From a virus (lineage: Duplodnaviria > Caudoviricetes), in IMG/VR virus record IMGVR_UViG_3300037454_000542, positions 1-64,000 of that record: a stretch of 64,000 bases of DNA; one strand, given 5' to 3'. Made by a program: the position numbers and the translations under genes. Below, piece by piece: positions 55,041-63,168 of the stretch. Position 1 is the first letter of the stretch, and every line of letters begins with the position of its first letter. Under the pieces are notes generated by a model that worked only from the letters and a program-made list of their open reading frames with translations, was not told where the DNA came from and made no database searches.

Positions 55041-56069
55041 TCAAACTTTGTTAAGATCCACCGCAGACCGTGCGCATATTTCTCCGTTTTCATCGAAAAA
55101 TGCACCTATTTGTTCGTCTGCGTCAGAATCGTTGTATATTGAACACATTGCCGATGAACTCCAGCCAAGAATCTCCGTAATCACGGAGTCTGGTATCCCG
55201 GCCTTCGCCAGCATCGTGCAATAGAAGTGTCTGTATAAATGCACATAATGTGCTATGCCAAATTTCTTTGACATCGTCTCCGACCACCCGTCAACCGTGG
55301 ACGTAGGCATTTGCTGCTCTGGATCGTCGTCACGTGGAAACAGCCATTCGGAACGAATGCCCAAGATTTCTCTCTGCCGCATCCAGGCATCAAAGAACGG
55401 CTTGAACGGTTTTGCCAGCACATAGCAGTTAAGCTGTTTGCCGTCTTTACCTCTCCCTTTGGTGCGTATTGGCGCAGACTTATAAAGCGCGCCGTTACAA
55501 ACAAGGCGTGAATCGTCAAAGTCGCTGACCCTGAACCTGCAGAGCTCCGACTTGCGCCTGCCGCTATATGCGGCAAGAGCGAAGTAACAAGCTTTCTTGT
55601 AGTCTCCTTCTTCCAGAAGAACGTTGAGCATATGCTCGACTTCCTCTTTGGAAAGGACTGTCTTTTCGCGCACCGGAGTCTTCGGTGGGCTCTCGATCTT
55701 GCGCACAATGGACTTGAAATCCTTGATCTCGTCATCAAGTATGTTCTCTATGAAGTTGGACAGAGAACTGACGGCTGCTTTTACAGTCCGTAATCTATTA
55801 GACGACCAGCCCCATTCATTGAGCGCGTGGTTCTGGAACCTCGCAAGCTCACGCTTGGTCAAATCTACAAAGTATTTGTTTGCCAGTTCATCTTCGCACC
55901 AGCAAAAGAATATCAGAAGGTCGGCTTTATAATTCTTGATAGTAGTATCTGCGCGCCCTACGCTCTTCAAATAATCTATGAAGTCGTTCAACAACGCGGC
56001 GTTCTCTGGATTGATGTTCTCAATCTTTTCGGGCGTGGTAATGTTATTATAAACCGTTTTTCTCCCCAT
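55041..56069 (-). CDS. Tyrosine recombinase
   Basis: SAM-like N-terminus; YSGRRKSEL (R), KGR, HLYRH, LGW, IY. Confidence 0.9.
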   Translation of the reverse strand: MGRKTVYNNITTPEKIENINPENAALLNDFIDYLKSVGRADTTIKNYKADLLIFFCWCEDELANKYFVDLTKRELARFQNHALNEWGWSSNRLRTVKAAVSSLSNFIENILDDEIKDFKSIVRKIESPPKTPVREKTVLSKEEVEHMLNVLLEEGDYKKACYFALAAYSGRRKSELCRFRVSDFDDSRLVCNGALYKSAPIRTKGRGKDGKQLNCYVLAKPFKPFFDAWMRQREILGIRSEWLFPRDDDPEQQMPTSTVDGWSETMSKKFGIAHYVHLYRHFYCTMLAKAGIPDSVITEILGWSSSAMCSIYNDSDADEQIGAFFDENGEICARSAVDLNKV

Positions 56070-56144
56070 TAGGCCGACCTCCTTTTATGCCGGATTATCG
56101 CCGCAAGGTACAGCTTGGCTATACCCGGCGGCGAATATAGCCCG

Positions 56145-56426
56145 TTATTCACACGTACGGGATCTCTCAAATACTATCTTGGTGTGTCCGGGAAGCTCCA
56201 TAGACCCGCCGTTAACCAAGTCGCCGATCTTGCGGGGGCCGTACGACTTCTTGCGGAATGTGCCAAACCCGTAGAAAGAAATCCTCTCCCCGTCATCCAT
56301 CTTGTCGAAGCACTCGTTGAGAAGCTCGAGGACGGTGTCGCACGCGTTCGCGGCAAAGATCTTGGTTGTGCCGTATTTTTCTGCATAAAGGTCTACAAAT
56401 TCTTTTCTTCCGATTCCGTTTTCCAT
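56145..56426 (-). CDS. hup: HU-like histone-like DNA-binding protein
   Basis: GERISFYGFGTF..PR..G..LP..KIVF. Confidence 0.88.
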   Translation of the reverse strand: MENGIGRKEFVDLYAEKYGTTKIFAANACDTVLELLNECFDKMDDGERISFYGFGTFRKKSYGPRKIGDLVNGGSMELPGHTKIVFERSRTCE

Positions 56427-56463
56427 AATTTAATCTCCTTTTTATTCCATTTATTCCGTTTTA

Positions 56464-57468
56464 TTAGTTCAAACAATGAAGCTTTGTCATTTCTGTAATC
56501 TCTTTACCGTCTTTATCTTGACAAATAAAGATGAACCCTTCCTTCTGGGAAGGAATAAGCCTGCCGTCTGCGTAGTGCAGCTTTGCAACATCGCAGCAAC
56601 AACCCTGCTCATACAGCATAGTAGAACCTTCTTTGTACGATCCAACGCGGTGCGTATGAGCCATAACCATCGTCGAGAACGAATATCCTTCGTTTCTAAA
56701 GAAGTGAACTGCGCGGTCTGCGGTTTTCAGGATCGAACTCGAGTATGCAAGCGGGTGGCAGAATATCGTATCGCCAATTTGACAGAACCATGAGCGCGTG
56801 TATTCAATCTCAATATGAGGAAATATGTCTTTGATCGGCTCATAATGCGTCTTGGTGCCAGATTCTTTATCGTAATGATTGAACCCGTCCACCATCAGAA
56901 GTTCGAGAGCGGTAGAAGGCATCAGTTCAAGCAGATCGCTGTCAAGGTTTTTGGCGAGGTACTGCTGGAAGCGTATATCGTGGTTTCCGTAGTTGACAAT
57001 AACTTTGGCGGGGGAGAGGTATTTAATCAGATCGATCACATACTGCCGTCCCTCGATAAGCTCCTTCATCGGGCTCACCCTGTACGCTTTTGGAAACTTG
57101 GAAATCGCCTGGCAGTCCGTAATATCTCCGTTGAGCACGAGGATGTCGCACAGCCCGACATAACGAGAGAACGTCTCGATAGGGAGCTGGAACGGAACGT
57201 GCGTGTCACTTATACTTAATATCCTCGTGTGCGCTTGATCCGGCTTTAACTGACGTTTTGCATAGTTCATCCCCCTGCAGAACGCAGCATATTCCTTGCG
57301 CCATTTGCTTTCGCCATACGAAACACCGGCTTTTGCGTTGAGCAGGTTTGCGATTTCCTGGCAAGAAAGATCATATGCGGCCTTGTTCTGAAAGAGCCGC
57401 ACAAAGTAGTCTTGGAATGTCTCGTGACTCTGCTGAGCTACAATCGGTTTGTCAGTCACGTTAAACAC
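56464..57468 (-). CDS. Calcineurin-like metallophosphoesterase with N-terminal HTH-like domain
   Basis: SDTH, NGDITD, GNHD, HP, AHTH. Confidence 0.85.
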   Translation of the reverse strand: MFNVTDKPIVAQQSHETFQDYFVRLFQNKAAYDLSCQEIANLLNAKAGVSYGESKWRKEYAAFCRGMNYAKRQLKPDQAHTRILSISDTHVPFQLPIETFSRYVGLCDILVLNGDITDCQAISKFPKAYRVSPMKELIEGRQYVIDLIKYLSPAKVIVNYGNHDIRFQQYLAKNLDSDLLELMPSTALELLMVDGFNHYDKESGTKTHYEPIKDIFPHIEIEYTRSWFCQIGDTIFCHPLAYSSSILKTADRAVHFFRNEGYSFSTMVMAHTHRVGSYKEGSTMLYEQGCCCDVAKLHYADGRLIPSQKEGFIFICQDKDGKEITEMTKLHCLN

Positions 57469-57643
57469 CCCTTTTAACCTGCCGAGCCCTTAATTGCTCG
57501 AGTACACGCATCACGCGGCCTGTCTCCTCGACGTAATATTTTTTTCTGCCGCGCTTTTTCTGACGGTTTGTAATAGTGATATTTAAGCTATCACCAAGTT
57601 TGTCACGAAGCGCTATGGCTTCATCTTGAGTAATAAGTAGCAT
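57461..57643 (-). CDS. Small basic protein, first gene after the late leader
   Basis: RBS AAGGAG; IT..EA..LR..KKYYVEET. Confidence 0.7.
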   Translation of the reverse strand: MLLITQDEAIALRDKLGDSLNITITNRQKKRGRKKYYVEETGRVMRVLEQLRARQVKRGV

Positions 57644-57665
57644 TGTATCTCTCCTTTATTTCCAT

Positions 57666-57781
57666 TTACCTCCCGGCAGCTTACGGAGACCCGCCGTCTG
57701 CGAGCCCCCGTAGGAGGAGGTGGCGACTGCTTACCGGGTGGTAACACATGGGGAGCTTGCGTCTCCCTTAACGCGCGTTAA
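57666..57781 (-). promoter_or_regulatory. Structured leader upstream of the late operon plus a 14-bp palindrome
   Basis: - strand TTACCACCCGG..CCGGGAGGTAA stem, inner C(TACG)G loop; TTAACGCGCGTTAA at 57768-57781. Confidence 0.5.
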
Positions 57782-57912
57782 TATGGGACTATAAGAAGCA
57801 CCCCACAAAAACGTAGACTACATGCGGGTTTTTACATTTTTTTACCACCACGCATGCAGAAAACGCGATATAAATACAACATTTTGTTGTCTAAAAGTGT
57901 ATTATTGTTGCA

Positions 57913-60720
57913 TTAAAAGGCGTCATTTTGTTGCGTTATTAGCTTAAATGGAACCTTTTTGAAGCGGAGCCCGTAGTATTCTATGTCGCCATTTTCATCC
58001 TCGACCAGAGTGTACACCGCCTCTCTGCTATCAACAATCATCTTGAAAAACTCTTTATCGGGTCTTCCGAACAGTACCTCAAACACATATCTGGCGATGT
58101 CTCTGTATTCGGGATTGTCAAGTTGTTTGAGCGTGAGGTACATTGTCGAGGTGCAGGAGGACATTCCGCACACTTCCTCAATACAGTCCTGCTTGATTTC
58201 CCACGCTCTCTGCCTGATGTCCTCCTTTTCGGAAGGAGTGAACTCGTCATATCCGACATACAGCTTCTTTGTCTCTTCTTTGGCGGTGCGTATCACATTC
58301 ACGATCTTGTCTCGCTGCGAGTAGTAGTAGCCCTGGTTGGTGTTGCCGTCGGGCTTCTTTACTATGCTCATGAACGGTAATACATCCTTCTTTTTATCTC
58401 GCCCTTCCCGGAAGTTGAACTTCCCGATTATCTTCTGCAAATAGTCCATCGCGGTGGCGAAATACCGGTACTTGATATTGTCGCTGAGCGTGTACCCGTT
58501 CTCCGTCGTTATCATCTTGAAGAACCAGGGCTTCACGGTACGTTCTCCGTCGGCGATGCGGTACTTTCTCTTCAGGATATTCAGCTCGGTGCCGCTGTTT
58601 ATCACGAACTCTTTCTTGGCTCTGTCTATCTCGACATTGGAGAGCACAGCCAGCTTGCATATGTCGCGGTACAGCTCCATGCAATCCCCGACCGATGCGC
58701 CTTTGTTGATCCTTTCCCACATTAAGCTGTTGAGCTGCTGGGAGAGGTTTACGATCTCGCCGATTTTGTTGACGCTGGTCTTTACGTCGAGGTCGGCTTT
58801 GTCGCTGTTGTCATACTTACGCTTCGTTTTCACGGAGACCGTTAGGTTTGTGGGTACTCCGAAGTCGTGGTAGTGACGCTCGGCGGCTTCTATGAGCATC
58901 GGATGATCCGTAATCAGTATTGTGTCCGAGTCGTAGTCGCACCCGTTGAGCCGCTGCTGGATGTTGTCATTCGCGGCGTTGATGCACACGATCTCCGGCG
59001 TGAGGTTGAAGTATTTGTCGTATAGGTAGCTCGCCACGTTATCGACCAGCAGGACGTTGCCGGCGCAGATGTGAGGGCTACGGGAGCACAGTAGGCGCTG
59101 CCCGTACGGGAATCTTGCGCTGTGTATCTGCCCGGGCTGCAACTCCAGTGCGCCGGTGTACTTGCCAATCGCTGCTCTGAGCATCTCTACGCCATTGCCG
59201 AGGATGGTGGAGTAGTTGCCGTTCACAAGTACGTGCCCGCGCTTCAGGTTGCGAATTTCACCGCGTATAAGGTCGTCGCGGAAGTCGTAGTACATCTTGG
59301 TCTGAGCAAACTTGTCGTTGATGCCCATCAGTTTGAAGATGATCTCGTTCTTGGAATCCAGTGCCGACCAGTCATCGGACATTTCCAGTGGGTATTTGAT
59401 GGCGTACCGCAGCACGGCTGGGTCACGGCGTATCGCGGAGATGTAATCCAGCGAGGGCTTCAGGATCTGCTCCATTTCCTCGTAGGAGAGGTGTAGGGTG
59501 TTGAACAGTTGGTAGTGGGCCTGAACCATCTTGCCGTCGAACGGGTGAGGCTTCTTCTCGTACTTGACCAGGCCGAAAGTCGAGGTCACGTTCCGCAGCC
59601 AGCTCTCCACGGTGCCGAACTTCGCGTACTTGATACTTGACACGGTGGTTATCATCTTCACTTCGCTGATGTCTGTCGCCATTGTGTAGCCGTTTAATTG
59701 GTCAATCGAGGTGATGCCGTTGTCTATGAACCACTGCTGCAGGTTTGTGTTGAAGCAGCAGGACTTGAAGAAGCGGTTCCGCAGGAGGATCATTCCTTTG
59801 TTTTCGTACTTGCCGAACAGGGATTTGTCCAGCAGCGACTGCCCGTCGAACAGCTTGTTCTCTACCTCCACCGTCTTGTTCGAGGCAGTCAGATGTTCGC
59901 CGTCTATCTCCACCGCGACCACATCGTCCTTGAACACGCTTGTGCAGTCCTCCGTTATCAGGATACTGTTCAGCGGGATCTCAATCGTGTCAATGATGGA
60001 GCTCATAGGCAGCGCGATGTAGGCTTCGTAGGCTGCGAGATCGAGGGGCTGCCCCTCTTTAATGTCGAGCCCGCACTTGTCCCATTTCTCCATATCGGCC
60101 GCGAGCGCTTTGTTTACGAACAGGCACTTGCCGACACGACTCGAACCGCTGCTTCGCTTGTACCGCACATACTCCACACCGTCGCACTTGAACCCGTTTT
60201 CGTACAGGTAGTTGCGGAGCTCGGCCTTGTCCATTACGGTGGGAATCACGCCGGTCTGAGCGTAGTATCCGTCGCAGTAGGAGAAGTAGCCTTCCAGCAA
60301 TTCGTCGTCCACCGGATTTGCGACCTGCACGTTGGTCTGGATTGCAATGAGCCGCCCGTCCTTAATGAACACGCCTTCAGTGAACGTGCAGTCACGGTAC
60401 AGGTACCCGTTCCGTATGTATGTATTCTTGCCCGCCATATTGAACTCTTTGTAGGCGTACTTGAACGTCACGCATATCACGTTCTTGGTGTAACTGTGCC
60501 GGCCGACGCGGAACTGGAAGTCCTTGCGGCGCATCCGCTTCTCATACACCTCGCGGAGCTTGATATAGTCCAGCGAGTAGTCCAGCGTGTTTGAAAACTT
60601 GCGCAGGCTGAGCGACCCGTTTGCACTACGTATGCTGTACTCGCAGTTGTCGTTGCCCTCCTGGTGCATCGCGGCGAATATATCCTTCGCCTCTATTGAC
60701 ATTATCTTTAGTCCTTCCAT
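57913..60720 (-). CDS. yonO: YonO-like single-subunit two-barrel RNA polymerase (cellular RdRP-related)
   Basis: YKRSSGSSRVGKCLF, DGQSL, LLRNRFFKS, RSPH, LNGCDYDSD, IGEIVNLSQ, EIDRAK; sits upstream of HU/phosphoesterase/terminase as in SPbeta. Confidence 0.85.
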   Translation of the reverse strand: MEGLKIMSIEAKDIFAAMHQEGNDNCEYSIRSANGSLSLRKFSNTLDYSLDYIKLREVYEKRMRRKDFQFRVGRHSYTKNVICVTFKYAYKEFNMAGKNTYIRNGYLYRDCTFTEGVFIKDGRLIAIQTNVQVANPVDDELLEGYFSYCDGYYAQTGVIPTVMDKAELRNYLYENGFKCDGVEYVRYKRSSGSSRVGKCLFVNKALAADMEKWDKCGLDIKEGQPLDLAAYEAYIALPMSSIIDTIEIPLNSILITEDCTSVFKDDVVAVEIDGEHLTASNKTVEVENKLFDGQSLLDKSLFGKYENKGMILLRNRFFKSCCFNTNLQQWFIDNGITSIDQLNGYTMATDISEVKMITTVSSIKYAKFGTVESWLRNVTSTFGLVKYEKKPHPFDGKMVQAHYQLFNTLHLSYEEMEQILKPSLDYISAIRRDPAVLRYAIKYPLEMSDDWSALDSKNEIIFKLMGINDKFAQTKMYYDFRDDLIRGEIRNLKRGHVLVNGNYSTILGNGVEMLRAAIGKYTGALELQPGQIHSARFPYGQRLLCSRSPHICAGNVLLVDNVASYLYDKYFNLTPEIVCINAANDNIQQRLNGCDYDSDTILITDHPMLIEAAERHYHDFGVPTNLTVSVKTKRKYDNSDKADLDVKTSVNKIGEIVNLSQQLNSLMWERINKGASVGDCMELYRDICKLAVLSNVEIDRAKKEFVINSGTELNILKRKYRIADGERTVKPWFFKMITTENGYTLSDNIKYRYFATAMDYLQKIIGKFNFREGRDKKKDVLPFMSIVKKPDGNTNQGYYYSQRDKIVNVIRTAKEETKKLYVGYDEFTPSEKEDIRQRAWEIKQDCIEEVCGMSSCTSTMYLTLKQLDNPEYRDIARYVFEVLFGRPDKEFFKMIVDSREAVYTLVEDENGDIEYYGLRFKKVPFKLITQQNDAF

Positions 60721-60754
60721 CTGCTCCTCCTTTAAGAACTTTGCTGCTCCTCAT

Positions 60755-60943
60755 TTAAGAACTTTGTTCCTGTAAAAAGTCCCTGTATGCTCTCTGCCTC
60801 ATCTCAAGGTCTTCCTCGTACTCCTCTGCGGCGGTCTCATAATCTCCGTCGTCATCCAACGGGGTGTAATCCTCGCACGGTACACCGTCGTCGCACTTGT
60901 AAGTCCACAGACATCTCTTACAGCTCTTCGCCTTCACGTTCAC
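60755..60943 (-). CDS. Small Cys/acidic protein
   Basis: CxxCLW..C..C.DY; RBS GGAGGTG. Confidence 0.6.
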   Translation of the reverse strand: MNVKAKSCKRCLWTYKCDDGVPCEDYTPLDDDGDYETAAEEYEEDLEMRQRAYRDFLQEQSS

Positions 60944-62252
60944 TCAATTCACCTCCTCGCCGAATCTCGGCGCCTTTTCCTTTGAATTTCACAGGCTCGA
61001 GATCCTTGCCGGCGGCCAGATTCTCAAGCCATTGTTTTAACAGCGAGCGCATCCTCGCACTGGGTACGTACACCCAGACTTCCTCTCCCTTCCGTATCGC
61101 GGAGCGGAATATCCACTGCACGATGATGGAGAGGGCGTACGTGTCCTGATCCACATCGACGCCGTGCTCGCGGTAGTAGCGGGCCTCCCAGGGCCTCGCG
61201 AAGTTGTTCACGCAGTACGCGAGGTACCTGCGGTTCGCGTATTCGTTGGAAGCGCGCTTGTTGTAGGGAACGAACGAGCTCGCGAAGCCCTTTGCGGCAA
61301 CCAGGCTGCGGCAGTCCTTGAATACCGTCCACATTGTCTCCTCGGCGGGTGCCTTGAAGATGTTCCGGAACAGGTTGACCAAGTTCCTGCGCATCTTATC
61401 GCACAGCCCCTCTCCCTCTTCGTGATGGTTAAGCGTATACGAGGAGACGGAGAGGTCGGTGCGCTTCGCGCCGATCTCATTCAGCTTCTTGTGCTCGAGG
61501 ATGTGAATTTTGTCACGCAGGTCGCGCCTTCGATCCATTTCGCCAATGTCACAGAACTCATACTTGCCGCCCGCGCCTTTTACCCCTATAAGCTCGTACT
61601 TGAATCCGTAAAGATCAAAGAAGTAACGGAGGAGCTGGGCGTGGAACAGGTAGGTGAGCACGTACGCCTCTTTGAAGCACGCAAATAGCTCCGGCGGAAT
61701 AGACCAGAACAGATACCGCCCGTCGTACTCCAGAAGGTTCTTGGACCTCGCAAGCTTGACCTCTTCACTGAACTTGCCCTCGCCGTCGTAATCGTCAGAC
61801 TCGTATTCGCTGTAAGACCACTCAACGTGTCCGTCCTCCGCACGAATAATGTCGTGGTTCTTTAAGAGGTTTATATCGCAGGGCTTCAGCCCGGACATGT
61901 TGAACGTGTTCACGGTCTCATCAAGAACCAGTATGTACTCTTTCTCGCTTACGAGCTGCTTGATGTCCTCCGTATAAGAGGTGAAGAGGGAATGCGTGGT
62001 GGCAATATTACGCCCCTCTTTTAACAACTGGCGTATATCCTTCAGCTTGGTCATTCCGGATTCGAGATCCCCCTCGGGGGAGAGGAACTTCCTGGCCTTG
62101 CACTTCTCTTTAATTCGTTCTACCTCGGAGAGGAACTGCGTTACGAATATAAATCGCGCGTCCGTCCTCTCGTTCATCATCCGTATACACGCGGAGGTTT
62201 TGCCTGCGCCGCACAGCGCGTCACATACTTTAATATGCACCTTCCCGGTCAT
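60918..62252 (-). CDS. SF2 helicase-like protein (start MTGKV at 62252)
   Basis: DALCGAGKT, TTHSLF, LVLDE, LTYLF, QWIFRSAIR.G, YVPSARMR. Confidence 0.75.
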   Translation of the reverse strand: MTGKVHIKVCDALCGAGKTSACIRMMNERTDARFIFVTQFLSEVERIKEKCKARKFLSPEGDLESGMTKLKDIRQLLKEGRNIATTHSLFTSYTEDIKQLVSEKEYILVLDETVNTFNMSGLKPCDINLLKNHDIIRAEDGHVEWSYSEYESDDYDGEGKFSEEVKLARSKNLLEYDGRYLFWSIPPELFACFKEAYVLTYLFHAQLLRYFFDLYGFKYELIGVKGAGGKYEFCDIGEMDRRRDLRDKIHILEHKKLNEIGAKRTDLSVSSYTLNHHEEGEGLCDKMRRNLVNLFRNIFKAPAEETMWTVFKDCRSLVAAKGFASSFVPYNKRASNEYANRRYLAYCVNNFARPWEARYYREHGVDVDQDTYALSIIVQWIFRSAIRKGEEVWVYVPSARMRSLLKQWLENLAAGKDLEPVKFKGKGAEIRRGGELSEREGEEL

Positions 62253-62593
62253 CCTTCCTGGGGTCAAATTCAATTTTACCACTACCCCCGGTGGTAAAAT
62301 GGGTTTGGGGTATCCCTCAAAGTGTCCCTCGTGGTGGGAGGAAACAGAGCCTCGAAAAATCGATTTCTTATAAATATATAACTCTATGAAAAATACCACC
62401 TGTATTGATAGCGTTGCACTCCCATTCCCGATCGTTGTCCTTATTTCTCGCGCTAGCGAGTTTGTACAGATAAGCGCTTTCAGGACAACGAAAACGCCGT
62501 CTTGTTTCAACCGTACACACCCAACACCCTGCACTGGGGAGAGGAGTATTCGATTGATCTAAGACGGCGTACATAACTTGTATCGTCATTGTC

Positions 62594-62622
62594 ATTATAC
62601 AACATTGTTAGACAACTGTCAA
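62594..62622 (-). promoter_or_regulatory. Consensus sigma-A promoter pointing toward the helicase-like/yonO operon
   Basis: - strand TTGACA-17 nt-TATAAT, perfect match. Confidence 0.85.
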
Positions 62623-63065
62623 GCACTTTTTTCAAAAAAATATCAAGCTCGCCTTTGTTAACTTCTGGTGGCCACAATGTTAACTCTCTCCCGTACTGGG
62701 GGTCTCCTCAGGTTAAAAATCGCCGGTATGGTTATAAACAACCAATGTAAACAAGACCGAGAAAAAACCCGACCTTTGTGTGCGGTTATTTGCCATTTGA
62801 TCCCGTTTTCCGGAAAGGGCGGGTATATATGTGAGAGGATGACGTGGGGAGGAGGAGACGAGGTCGGGGAGAAGGGAGAGTTGAGGGTGAAATGGAACAC
62901 CTAGAGGACGTGTGCGCGGCGCGCCGTTGGCGGCGGTTATAATTGCCCCTATGTTAACAACGGAAAAATGATAACATTATACCCGCAACGGCGGCGGGCG
63001 GCGTTGTCATTGTTGGAAACGCTCAACCGCTTTTATATTTTTTTGCAAATTGTCAAAATTAGGTG

Positions 63066-63094
63066 TTGACAACGGCAAAAAATAAGAGTAATAT
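63066..63094 (+). promoter_or_regulatory. Sigma-A promoter for the rightward gene
   Basis: TTGACA-17 nt-TAATAT, followed by the hairpin TTGTACTC/GAGTACAA. Confidence 0.75.
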
Positions 63095-63168
63095 ACAATT
63101 GTACTCACCCGCGGAGTACAACAAAAAAATATTGAGTCTTTACGGCGAGCGGGAGAAGGAACAAAACA

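Noticed and set aside
62253-62534. N-terminal 94 aa of the 538-aa ORF (also 10021-10146, 16911-16931, 48374-48424 extensions)
   Set aside because: Better starts with RBS or translational coupling lie downstream, so the extensions look non-coding or overlap other genes.
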